From Felis catus (lineage: Eukaryota): a DNA stretch of 64,000 bases. Below the pieces are notes generated by a model. The model was given only the letters and a program-made list of their open reading frames with translations, was not told the origin of the DNA and made no database searches. Both the position numbers and the translations under genes were made by a program. Location: the NCBI RefSeq assembly GCF_018350175.1, contig NC_058368.1, positions 150,352,001 through 150,416,000 on the forward strand, in the 5' to 3' direction. Positions 22,721 to 34,390 of this stretch are shown here, one piece after another (the stretch's first letter is position 1; each line of letters starts with the position of its first letter).

Positions 22721-24179
22721 AAGTTTTGTAATAGGAATAACAATTCTGTGTTTGCATTTCACTTCTTTTTCCCCTTTCCTTATGGTGGTATCGAACTCCA
22801 CAAAATATCTTTTCCCTGTCTTTTCTTTTCTTTTTGTATGAATCCAAGACTGTAAGAATTGGATTTTTTAAATTCTTTAAATATATTTAGAATACAGTGT
22901 TTTTACTTGGTGGAAGTGAGGAGTAACTTTCCACTACAACAATGTACAATAATGGTCATCAAGAGAGTTCACATGTTCAAATATAATTTTTCCCTTAGAA
23001 TGCAAAGTAATTTAGTGATATTACCTTTCCATGTTTTTGAAGTTTGCAAGACTTTGATGCAGTGTTCCTCCAAATCATTAGCCCACGAGTGAGCATCAGG
23101 ATTCCTAAAAATAACTACATACAATGAAGTTTTCCTGGAGGAATTGACAATGGTGACCGGTATAAATCTTTGCATGCATTTGAAAAGGATGTTATATGAA
23201 CATTAATAAAAATTTGACAACACAAAAATTTTATGAAAAATACTTCTAATACAAATATTTTTGATAAGTTTGTGTTTTTACTTCAAGGCTTTTTTCCTAT
23301 GCATAAGTGGTAACATTGTAGCATCATAAGTATTTACCTGTGTTATTACCTCTTTTTCAAAACTATTATTTTAATGTCTGGATAAAATGCTTTGTGGTAG
23401 ATTAAGTAATGAAATACTTGTCATTTATGTATAGTCGAGCATTGATTTTTGTCTTTTTCTAAAAATGTACATAATATTCTGAAAAAACATCATAATGCCT
23501 ATACCCCTGCCCCTAAACGTAGAATTGTTGCTTCAAGACACATTACCAAAAGTGCAATTATTGAAGGAAAGAATATAAATATGTCTATATGTAATGTGTG
23601 TATATATGTAATAGAGAGAGAAATAGAGATTGGTGATTTTGTTGCTATATGTTTACAGATTACAGTAGAGATTTAACTTGAACATAATTTGTTATACATT
23701 AGACCAATAAGATATGAATACTAAAATAATACAAGACTTATTTATGAAGTATAATTGAAATGGCAATTAAAATTACTGAAACCTGTTAGCCTTGTCCATA
23801 AAGTAAATCAAACATTATCTCTATCCATGAAACAGTTTCAAGAATAATTTTTTAAATATCATTTTAAAACAACTCATTAGAAGTAAGTTTCTCCTGATTA
23901 TCTGGGCAACTTGAGCTGCTTTTCTGCTAAATTCCATTTTGTTTTTATATTAAGATCAAGGAAATTTTCCTTTTTCTATCAATAGTTACTAAGAGAAAGA
24001 AAGAAATCAAGGTTTCATACACAAAAACTGATTTAAGTGTTTTTTAAGACAGCAAAATAAAACACTGGCTTCACTGATTATAGATTATTAAAGAAGAGAA
24101 AATATAAACCTTCCTGTGTAGATTTACAGCAGTTATTTAAATATAATCTTTAATTCAACATCACAATCAGCTGAGGAAA

Positions 24180-24345
24180 ACAGATAAAGGTGAGGGGAAA
24201 CAGGAAAGACTGAAAAAAAACAGAAGAAAAAAAGACATAGGGAAAAAAAAAAGAGAAAGAGGTGGGCAAGAGAAATAGAGGGAAAGCCACAGAAAAAGAG
24301 AAACAGAAATAACGAGCCACAAAGCAAGGAAAGAAGAAATGCTAA
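24180..24345 (+). repeat. purine-rich (A/G) low-complexity tract
   Basis: Strongly A/G-biased for about 160 bp; it explains the Phe/Leu/Ser-rich reverse ORFs. Confidence 0.75.
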
Positions 24346-25389
24346 GTACTGCCAGAGACCCCAAGGGCAATGTTTGTTCAAACAAAAGCAAGCCACTTTG
24401 GTCACAGTGGGAGTGTGCTGGGACAGGGACCCCTGATTATTAGCTTTTATGATCATGTCCTTTCAAATACTGACTCAGGGGCAGAACAGTGATGAACCAA
24501 CGAACATTCTAGACATCAGATCATAACTGAGTCTCCATTACTGACCTCGAATAGTTGGGAGAAGGAAGAGGAGAGTGTGGATCCTCCAAGTGTGTCCAAT
24601 TCACCTCGGGTTTACTATGGAAGATCCAACCTTAACAATTTCTCAAGAACTGTGATCAGGCCACCCAACACAGTTATCTGCACAAGTAGCCCTTGGGCCA
24701 AGCGTTGTCTAATTTCACTAACATAAGGAGAAATTATTTTTCCATCAGCTTGAAATAATGGCAAAGCTCAGCATCCTTTGTTTATTTTATTTTCGATTAG
24801 TTTTCATTAAGTATGTTTTTACATTATGTTTTTCTTCTTTCCAAAGGAAACCACCAGGGAGGCCTAATTTTCACTGCGTTAAATATGGTGTGCCATTCTT
24901 GGCAGGGAACTGTAGGTGTTGCTGAAGCTACACAGCTGAAAAGGCTAAACCAGGCCTCCAAATCTTTGGCTTATTACAGTTCTATTTTAGCCTTGTCCTC
25001 TTCCTCCCACTCAAATTCTGTACCCTACCATGTGTTTGGATATGCTGCAGCCTCCAGTTCTTCACACTAAATATACTCTCAGAAGCCGGAGCGAAACTTG
25101 AAGATGAATCATTCTTCTTGGAAGCCTCAGCTTTGTGGTGGACAGCTCGTAAACTGGAATAGAGTCAGTTGGATGGGGGGAGTAGAGACAACAGTAGTTG
25201 GTTCATCCTGTTCTGCAAAGGGAGCCAAGGGGGTGGGTGGGTGGGGGGTTCAGAGTAAATTGAAGCAAATGCTCATATTACACTTTAAAGAAAAGTTGGT
25301 TAAAAAGCTAACACTCTAAAGATAATGTGCTAAAGCTTAGAATTTTCTGTTCATCACTTGTTTTTTGGGTCAGCCAATTTTTTTCTTCT

Positions 25390-25428
<39 letters not shown>

Positions 25429-26099
25429 ATTGTTATCCTTTGACTGGTTCTCAGAGCATAATTTGTTTCCAGTCTTTTTTGTTCTACAAGTGAAAAGGTC
25501 AATGCCCTTTGACATTGCATGAGCTGTTCAGTGCACCAGGGGAAAAATCATCGGCACTGCTGGGCTTAAAACAACTTCAGGGCAACCAGAGTCAAACACA
25601 GGAAGTGTTGTTCAAACCCCCAGAGAATACTGGCTTTGTTTATTAGCCAACTTACATCTTGTTGAATTGCTAAGTGCTGCTATCTTGAATGAGCAGATAT
25701 ATCAGAGACTCCAAACCCAGATGAGGTATTTGTAAGCATGATATAACAACATCAGTCTCCTAAAGTGTCCCCTACAGGAATCTAAATACAGAGTGGCTAT
25801 TTTCTTAAATGGGAAAAGTTCCATCTCAGGTCCCCATAGTCCAATACATGCTAAATGATTCTACAAATGAACAAACACTGCTTTGATGAGACAGTAAATT
25901 TAGTGGGAGAAATAATCAACAAGAAATGCAGAAAAAAAATGTGTATTTCTTTTATAAACAGTCTAATCAGGAAATGAATTACACATTCAATCTTGTACAC
26001 ACAAGACTTTTTCTTATTAATTTAGCCCAGAAAACACTGACCTGCTCAAAATAGCATCAGAAACATTTTTATTTACATTGCATATGTAAATCTCTAACT

Positions 26100-26265
26100 G
26101 TTCAACGAGTTATTAACTGTTACTTTACAGATATGAGATTATATTTTAATTCCATTTTACAGATTAATTGAGAAAGAAAGGTTAAGCGTTTTGCCTAAAG
26201 TAACTCAGCAAATATAAGCGAGAGACACATTTAGTTTCTTGAACTACTGATTCCTTTATATTTTA
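26100..26265 (-). mobile_element. MIR fragment
   Basis: TTCCATTTTACAGATTAATTGAG...GGTTAAGCGTTTTGCCTAAAGTAACTCAGCAA. Confidence 0.7.
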
Positions 26266-26737
26266 AATCAGTGAATCATTTTGCTTCTAAATATGTTGGA
26301 GGAGATTCAAGCACTATGGAAAAAATCACATTACAGAGCATTCCATTTGGAAATAGAGGAAATGGACTTTTGGGACTTTTCCCAAAATAGGTGTAATAAG
26401 ATGTGTCCTCCCCTGTGGAAAGTCATGAGTTTCAAATGGAAATATGGACACAAACGATTATTTTAAAGAATATTGTAGCTTATAAGGTGCTGTACAAATT
26501 CCATTAATGATTGTGGTAGCAGTGTTATTGTTCTATTCCAAAGGGAATGACAGAAAGCCAATGAATAAAATTGCCAAACATTAATGGCTCTTAACTGAAA
26601 ATCCAATGAAAATCATGGACTCTGTTCAGAAAAATTCAAATTAGAAACATACCCAATATTTTAGTTATAATTTTGAGAGATTCAAAGATCATCTGAATTA
26701 TATGTGTTCACAGAACTCATATTAAGAACACTTGTAG

Positions 26738-26944
26738 GTTTTCCTGGGTGGCCCAGTCTGTTAAGTGTCTGGCTTCATCTCAGGTCATGATCTCGTGGTC
26801 TGTGGGTTTGAGTCCCATGTTGGGCTCTGTGGCGACAGCTCAGAGCCCAGAGCCTGCTTCAGATTCTGTGTCTCCCTCTCTCTCTTCTCCTCCCCACTGT
26901 GTTCTGTCTATCAAAAATAAATAAACATTAAAAAAACTTTTTTT
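26738..26944 (+). mobile_element. CanSINE (felid SINEC)
   Basis: CCTGGGTGGCCCAGTCTGTTAAG head, AATAAATAAACATTAAAA tail; TSD TTAAGAA(C/T)ACTTG(T/C)AG (26722-26737 / 26945-26960). Confidence 0.95.
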
Positions 26945-27323
26945 TTAAGAATACTTGCAGAGGAAGAAGAGAAATGGCAGATTATCTGGAAAGAAAGGAG
27001 ACATGGGAGTCAAATAGCAAAATGGACACATCAGTGACCCTAACAATCTTGTGATATAAAGCTGTAATAAGATGGGTTAGAGTCATTGGGAGGTGAGATG
27101 CAGACACACAGATTGCTGATTGAGGAATAGTGTCAACATTTTCTTGTCCAGGAGAGAAGGAAATTCCTCATCTATTTCCATAAAAATTCTAGAAGCATTC
27201 TCATAAAGCTGTAGTGAGAAACCCAGAAATGTGTGTTTGGGGGTGAGTGTGTAGTAAGTGGATGAAGGAAGATGGCAACCAGAGATTCTGATTGGGACAA
27301 ATGTAGAAAGTCAGAGGTGGGAA

Positions 27324-27984
27324 TGACATTCTTGCCTGGCAATCAACCCAGGTGGCACTGCCTCAGAAACTAACGGTAACTAAGAGAACCAGCCTCTGCA
27401 TTCCTCTCCCACCTGTACACTCAGCAGGAGGCCACACTGAACTAATTCTGGCTAGACTTTGGGGAATAAAAGGACCTGGCTGTCAAGATCACTCTCCACA
27501 AAACCATCCTGTGGCTGATCTCGTTCTAGTTTTGGCTCCAGCCTCTCTCTGAATGAGTTTTATGACTTGCTGCTGCTGCTGCCTGAATCTCAGATATGAC
27601 TCCAGATTTGCTCAGAGGGATTCCACAAGTCGGCCTAATGCTGACTCTGATATACCTTCTAGATTCATATATCCTCTGATATATGGTATGTCCATATTCC
27701 CTAGTCCTGATTGGGCAGTAGATCTCCATCCCCCTAATGAATTTTAATTCAGGAGAGATTCTGGTTTTTGATCTGCCTTAACATTCTCCCTCCTGATCTG
27801 AACAGTATAGGGGAAAGGGGTCAGAGATTCACAATGATATTGCTTTATATAAAATTGCTAATTTGTATAACGCCAGCAAGTATGTGTGAATCTTTCTCCT
27901 CCCATAGATACCTCCCAAGTCATGGTGTCACCCCAATAGGAGAGACCTCCCAAAACCAAACTGGTTTCTCCAGTTTGCCATACA
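27324..27984 (-). mobile_element. possible ancient solo LTR, family not identified
   Basis: A ~660 bp block richer in GC than its flanks and bounded by TG...CA (TGACATT... / ...CCATACA). No TSD is visible. Confidence 0.3.
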
Positions 27985-28522
27985 TTAGATGACTGAATTT
28001 ACCTAAAGTATCTGAAAATAAAATTATCAAGAACAGATAGAAACTGGGTACTTAATAGTTGGGGCATCTTTTGCAATGAAATTACATATTGGTACTCTTG
28101 CTTATTATAAAGTGGATGTGCATGCACATGCACATGTTCTTCCATTTTATGATGATAAGTCACCTTGGAATATACTGTTCATCTTAATGTTAAGTTTTTG
28201 TACTCAGATTTACTGGGTTTTTTGTAGCCCACATAAAATTTCTAACTGTGTGTTCTATTATAAAGACTTGGTTATATTCTTTTCAGTGCTCACCTCTGCA
28301 AAATTCTCAACTGGAAAAAAGAAAGATATGAATCTCAAAGGAGTTGGAGAGGTGGAATTAATAAGTAAGGCCAGACACCTCTGACTCCACTATACTTCCC
28401 CGAATGTGAGAAATGGCAATCTACTTTAGAAATCATAAATTTATTATCTGCAATTCCAAATAGAGAATTTTCTTTTAAGTGTGAGCTACAAGAACCTCAG
28501 TAAAATCTCTTGGTGATCTATA

Positions 28523-28942
28523 CAGTAGTCCCTCCTTATCTGTGGTTTTGCTTTCCATGGTTTCAGCTACCCACAGTCAACCATGGTGTAGAAGCAGATG
28601 ATCCTCCTTCTGACTCTCCTCACAAGGTCATTAGTAGCCTACACTAGGCCAAAATGCCTACATCATTCACCTCACCCCATCTCATTATGTGGGTATTTTA
28701 TCATCTCACATCATAAGAAAGGTGAGTATAGTACAATAAGATAGTTTGTGAGAAAGACCACATAGTATATTATTATAATTATTCTGTTTTCTTATTACTG
28801 TCATTAATCTCTCACCGTGCTTAATTTATAAATTAAACTTTATCTTAAGTATGATAGGGAAAAACATATGGGGTTTGATACTATCCATGGTTTTAGGCTA
28901 GGTATCTTGGAATGTATGCCCTGCAGATAAGGGGGACCACAG
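28523..28942 (+). mobile_element. MER44-type (Tigger7-derived) TcMar MITE, second copy
   Basis: TA|CAGTAGTCCCTCCTTATCTGTGG ... CTGCAGATAAGGGGGACCACAG form the TIRs; the internal sequence aligns by eye with 20361-20813. Confidence 0.88.
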
Positions 28943-29334
28943 TTTTACATGATATTATTTAGAACTATACAAAGAATCTAGATTTTTGGTAAACGTTATT
29001 TTATGAATCTGGAAAAACAAAAGATCATTTGACCTTACAATATTTTAAGGAAATCAAAAAGATTAAACAACTTTCTGACCTCTGGTTGATAATCTACAGG
29101 ACTATTTCATTTGATACTTGATATATGCCCTCTGATTCTATTTCATTGTTTTGCTATATCACCTATGGCTTCAAAATAAAATTTATAATGCAGTGATAAT
29201 AAAGCACTTAATTTTCTTATAATATCTGGTATTTGAATGTATTTAGATAAGCATCTTTGAATGAAGCAAGTCTTGCTTTTTTATTAACAAATATTGGAGG
29301 GAATATTAGCTGGCAACTTGAAAACTACTTTCTG

Positions 29335-29450
29335 GTGGTGCCTGGCTGGCTCAGTTCAAAGAATATGCAACTCTTGATCTCAGGGTCATGAGTTCAAGCC
29401 CCACAATGGGCATAGAGATTACTTAAACTAATTTATTTTTTAATTAAAAA
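29335..29450 (+). mobile_element. short tRNA-Lys-like carnivore SINE (SINEC_c-type, no CT tract)
   Basis: GGTGCCTGGCTGGCTCAGTT..CTCTTGATCTCAGGGTCATGAGTTCAAGCCCCAC..TGGGCATAGAGATTACTTAAA. Confidence 0.85.
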
Positions 29451-29668
29451 GGGGCACCTGGGTGACTCAGGAGGTTGAGCATCCAACTCTTGATTTTGGT
29501 TGAGGTCATGTTCTCAAGTTCATGGGATCGAGCCCCATGTGAGACTCCATGGTGAGCATGGAACCTGCTTATGATTCTCTCTCTCTCTGTGTGTCTCTCT
29601 CTGTCTTTCTCTCTCCACCCTCCATCCTTCTCTGCAGCTTGTGCACTGTGTCTAAAAAAAATTAATTT
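29451..29668 (+). mobile_element. CanSINE immediately downstream of the short SINE
   Basis: GGGGCACCTGGGTGACTCAG head, (CT)n tract, A tail. Confidence 0.9.
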
Positions 29669-30104
29669 TAAAGTACTTTCTTGAAATATTAGTAAATATT
29701 TTGCTAAACTTCAGCACTAAAAAAAAAAATCCAAGTTCACTCTAAACCATGGTGCTTGAGAGTATAATTATAAATTTATATGGTTACAATATTTATATGG
29801 GATCAGAGTAGAATAATATGTTTTTTAGGAAGGATACTGATTGGTATTTATTGATTCTAGAAAGCAAGTAACAAATTAATATCATGATGTTGATATTAAT
29901 TTACACTTCTATTGTCAAACCTGCAAACAAGAAGATAGCTGTTGTGACAACAATCTTATTTGTCACTATTCATTTGGAGCAATCTAAGAAAAGCATGTGA
30001 AGCAATCTAAGAAAAGAAATTTGCACTATGTAACCCATAGTGTAAGACAAGGAATGGGGACATTTGTTATCTAACAGCTACGATATAAGATCTGACCACA
30101 TACT

Positions 30105-30890
30105 ATTTACTCAGTTATTTGTTCATCTACCTAGTCATTCAGTGTCTTAACCCACAAGACACTGTAAAAAACTCTGGAAATATGGAGATGAGTAACACAT
30201 GGCCCCTTCACTCAAAGAAATTGTGATTATCAGGAGAAGAAGACATTAAAAATTATTATAGGTTGAGTAATAATCCTTAATAATAAGTGCTCTTTTAGGA
30301 AGGATATTTATTGGTCAGTTCTACCTATGGAAAGGAAAAAGAGAAATTCTTGAAAAAGGAAATCATGGAACACAACCTTGAAGGTAATGTAAGTCTTTGT
30401 ATGAGATAATAGTTTTTATTTTTAAGCCATTTTTAGTTGGATATTCTGTTACTGGAAGCCCAAAAAAATTTTAAGCAGTTATATTATGAAATTGCTTTTT
30501 CTGTAGGTCAAAACCCACTCAATACCAGCAATTTCATGTACTTCAACCTTGGAGCTAACATGAAGAGATCAGAGTTTTAAGCAAGGGATTAACATGGTCA
30601 TAATTTGTACCTCAGAATGATCACACTGACAGCACAATATAGGATAGGTTTATGGGGATCCATGACAGTAAGCAAGGGGATCAGTTCAAAAACTATTCCA
30701 ATAGCTGGACTGAGAGTTAATCGGATACTAAATTAAGGCAAGAGCAGCAAGGATCGCAGGTGTAGGAGTAAAGATGGGAGAGATGATAGAGGAGTAGAAT
30801 TGAAAACTTTAGTAACTTAATGGAATTAGAAAGTGAGAGATAAAAGGATACTTCTAGAAAGATTTTCTGGCTCAACTAATTCTACTGTTC
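30105..30890 (-). mobile_element. L2 fragments, interrupted by an MLT-like LTR end and a MADE2-like MITE
   Basis: GAGATGAGTAACACATGGCCCCTTCACTCAAAGAAATT and AGAGTTTTAAGCAAGGGATTAACATGGTCATAATTTG...GATCACACTGAC are typical antisense L2 sequence. Confidence 0.65.
30476..30550. mobile_element. MADE2-like mariner MITE (~75 bp)
   Basis: Inverted arms ATGAAATTGCT / AGCAATTTCAT around TGTAGGTCAAAA, ending TTCAACCT. Confidence 0.75.
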
Positions 30891-32812
30891 AGTGTAACTG
30901 ATTCTAACTCTTTTCTCACTTCTGTATCTTGATTCAAATGCTCATTGGTCCTGACACTTTGGCCCTTCCACCTTAACAAAAAGCCCTCAATTTGCTCTTA
31001 GCCTACTGAATGCACTAGCATCTTGTGACTTGTTCTTTGGAATAATCTACTGTCTACACATTTTGATGCTCAAAAGGACAAAACTTTGACCTGTTTTTAT
31101 TTGGAGGCAGGAGACAGACACAATGGCAGGCCTCCCCCATTGGAAGCATGAGCTCTTTACAAACAGGTACAGGACCCTGGATTCTATTTCTTGATTGAAT
31201 TCATGACACCCGACATATGTATGCACAAAGAAAACAAAACTGACTTCAATTATGGCAGATCAGATGCTTCCTTATGACAAAGTGTAAGGAAATTTAAAGA
31301 AACGTTGGTTAATTAGAAGAGGTAACAGCTGTAACATCCCAGCCTTAGCTGCCCAATCCTGTCTGATCCCAAGTCATAGAACCATATTCTTGCCTCATGG
31401 GGTATCAGACATCCGCCTCACTTCTACAATCCTTGTGCCTAGTCTATTTGGAAGATAAATAAGGAAATTTAAAGGATCTGACATGCCCTGTAATTCTAAG
31501 AGCTTTATTATTTGTGTTAATAAATCTAAGAGTGGGAAAGGCTGTTAGGTAATTGAAATTTTAAATATTCTTACAAGTAACACATTTGTTTGCTTTCAAA
31601 AAAAACCTCTAGACAATGAAAACAACATCAAAATTCATCTGACTTTGAATATGATTTTTATATAGTTATTCAGAATTGACCATATGTACTTTATTGATGT
31701 ATGATTTTCTTCTCACATTCATTATATTAAAAATATTTTAGAAAAAAAAGTATATATATTATTCAACACAATTTAATGGATATTCTATTTTTTGTTGCAG
31801 ATGGTTTGCCACAATTATACAAGATGTAACAGTTAGATACTTTAAATTTTTTTAGGAAAATAATGTAGATTTTTCTCTACACTTTAAAAAAAACAAATCT
31901 GTGATCTTAAAGATCTTTCTATAGTTCTCCTTATGTCTATTCACATCATTTTGTCATTTTGGTATAGTCAATCTATATTTCATATGAAACTGCAAAAATT
32001 GAAAGATGAAAATGATCTATTCAAATTATCTGCTATTATACAAACAGGTTAATAACAGTAATTAAAAGAATAATTATGCAACTACATGCCACTCAAAGGA
32101 GTCATTTAAATTATGCAAATCAAGCATAAGGTCATGTAATGCTAAGAGAAAAGAGCTAAAATATGCAAACTAGTGTACTCTCCGTTGGTGGTTTCAGCAT
32201 TAAAAATATTCATATCACAAGCTTGTAGTGTGCATCTCATTTTTGAACCTTTGTACTATAAAATAAAATTAATTTTTCTTACCTTATTAGGTGCTCTGAA
32301 ATTTGAGTAGTATAATATCTTATAGATGGGCTATTTGATCCAAGGGAAGAATGTTTATTTTTTATTCGACTTTATTTTTAAAACATTGATTATTTTTTTA
32401 CCCATAGAAACTTATTGCATTGTAAAAAAAAAAAAAGAAAGATTTAGAAAACACACAAAAGTATAAAATATACAATTAAAAACACCTATAATGTTACCAT
32501 TTTGAAATTAGCATGATCTCATTATTGGTAAGATTCCTTTCCTTCTTTTTTAAATGGATCTCTTTTTTTTTTTTTTATCGTAACAGGTACCAGACTGTGT
32601 ATTTATCTGTGTCATGTTTCGTTTTGTATTTTATTTACATTTCCCCGATGATTCTTGAAATCTGAGTTTTTCATGGTGGTATGAAATTTTTTACATATGT
32701 ATATAATATTTAACTATTTAATTATTTTTATATTCTTTTCATTGCCCACTTTTCTCTTATAAACCATGCTATAAGAAACATACATTAAATTGTATGAGAA
32801 TTATTATTTTAT

Positions 32813-33007
32813 TTTTTGGGGGGGGACAGAGAGAGACAGAGCATGAACGGGGGAGGGGCAGAGAGAGAGGGAGACACAGAATCGGAAACAGGCTCCAGGC
32901 TGTGAGCCATCAGCCCAGAACCTGACGCAGGGCTCGAACTCATGGACCGCGAGATCGTGACCTGGCTGAAGTCGGACGCTTAACCGACTGCGCCACCCAG
33001 GCGCCCC
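32813..33007 (-). mobile_element. young felid CanSINE (SINEC_Fc-type) with truncated tail
   Basis: Near-consensus and CpG-rich (GGCGCAGTCGGTTAAGCGTCCGACTTCAGCCAGG on the minus strand); perfect 17-bp TSD GAGAATTATTATTTTAT (32796-32812 / 33008-33024). Confidence 0.97.
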
Positions 33008-33369
33008 GAGAATTATTATTTTATCTGAATAGTGTGATAAAGTAGATTAGGATGTTGTGGTTATAGCTATGGATAGAATCAGATTTAGATGTAGGATTAG
33101 GATCAGGGAGGTAACAGATGTGAATTTTTAAATTTCTTACTGCATATTAACAAATATCTTCACAGAATATTTGTACCAGGTTGCACACCTATCAGCAATC
33201 CAGATTTCTGTAAAATTTCCAGTAATAATGAAGATAATCTCACATTGTTAGTGTTTGATATAAGTGAAGTTGAATTTTTTTCCATGTTTCTAGGCCCTTT
33301 ATTTTTCTTTCTCTATTACATGGCTGTATATGATCTTTACTCATTTTTCCACTGGGTGGTTAATTTTAA

Positions 33370-33575
33370 TATTTTAAATGTTTATTTATTTTTGAGAGAG
33401 AAAGAGACAGAGTGTGAGCAGGGGAGGGGCAGAGAGAGAGACACACAGAATGTGAAGCAACTCCAGGCTCTGAGCTGTCAACACAGAACCCAATGCGGGG
33501 CTGGAACTCACGTACTGGAAGATCATGACGGGAGCCTAAGTAGGACACTTAACTGACCCAGCCAACCAGGCGCCC
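33370..33575 (-). mobile_element. CanSINE (felid SINEC)
   Basis: Ends CCAGGCGCCC; TSD CTGGGTGGTTA(A/T)TTTTAA (33352-33369 / 33576-33593). Confidence 0.95.
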
Positions 33576-34219
33576 CTGGGTGGTTATTTTTAAATCATCT
33601 GCAATAACTCTACTCTTTTCATATTTGTTGTAAATATTTTCAAGTTCATTATTTGCATTTTATTTATATTGCGACATGTCTAAGCATTATGTTTTTATGT
33701 GGTCAAATCACTAAATATTTACCTTTATGGTTTTTTCCATTGCTTTTATGCTTAAAAATTCTCTTGCCATTTTAAGAATTTTTCTTCTAGATCCAAATGA
33801 AAATCACATTAGTAAATGATACAATGAGTTTTCCCCAAAGAGTCAATTCTAACAGTTGTTGAATTAAATCTTTCTTATTTGTTTCATTTTATAAATTGGT
33901 TTACATATTAGCATTTGTTTTAAAGATTTATCTAACGTATTCCACTAAGCTCTCTGTTGATTCTTATATACATATTTCACTCTTTTGATGATTTTTATTC
34001 TGTGCTATGTTTTCATATTTGGCAAGGTAAGGAACCTCCCACCACTTTTATTTGTCAGGTGTCATGCATTAATCTCTAAGAATGAATTTATCTGAAGAAT
34101 TTCAGAACTTATTCTAAAAAGATAAGCATTTGTTCTTTTAAAAGCACCTCTTATTATTTTTGAGCACTTCAAAAAATCATGTATGTGCACCTTATACAGA
34201 GGAAAGGAAAAAAAAATAT

Positions 34220-34390
34220 GATAAAGTACCTCCTGTATTTTTTCCAAGGACTTGCTAAACACATTTATAAACAGTATAGTTCACTTAACCCTCAAGCACT
34301 CCATGAAGTTAGGATTAATTATCCTATTTTACACATTAAAAAATCTAAGATTTTAGCAAAATTTACGACTTACCCAGGGTTCCAGTAAAA
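34220..34390 (-). mobile_element. MIR fragment
   Basis: TCACTTAACCCTCA...ATGAAGTTAGGATTAATTATCCTATTTTACA...GACTTACCCAGGG. Confidence 0.6.

Larger units (their letters stand above)
32380..34080 (-). mobile_element. old L1 (L1ME-like) 3'/ORF2 fragments hosting two SINEs
   Basis: GTAAAAA..TTTAGAAAACACACAAAAGTATAAA, TTTATGTGGTCAAATC..AATATTTACCTTTATGG, GCTTTTATGCTTAAAAA. Confidence 0.6.

Noticed and set aside
24133..24456. Hydrophobic 'membrane protein' ORFs
   Set aside because: Translation artefact of the purine-rich low-complexity tract.
29335..29420. tRNA-Lys gene
   Set aside because: Degenerate stems followed by the AGAGATTACTTAAA tail mark it as a tRNA-derived SINE.
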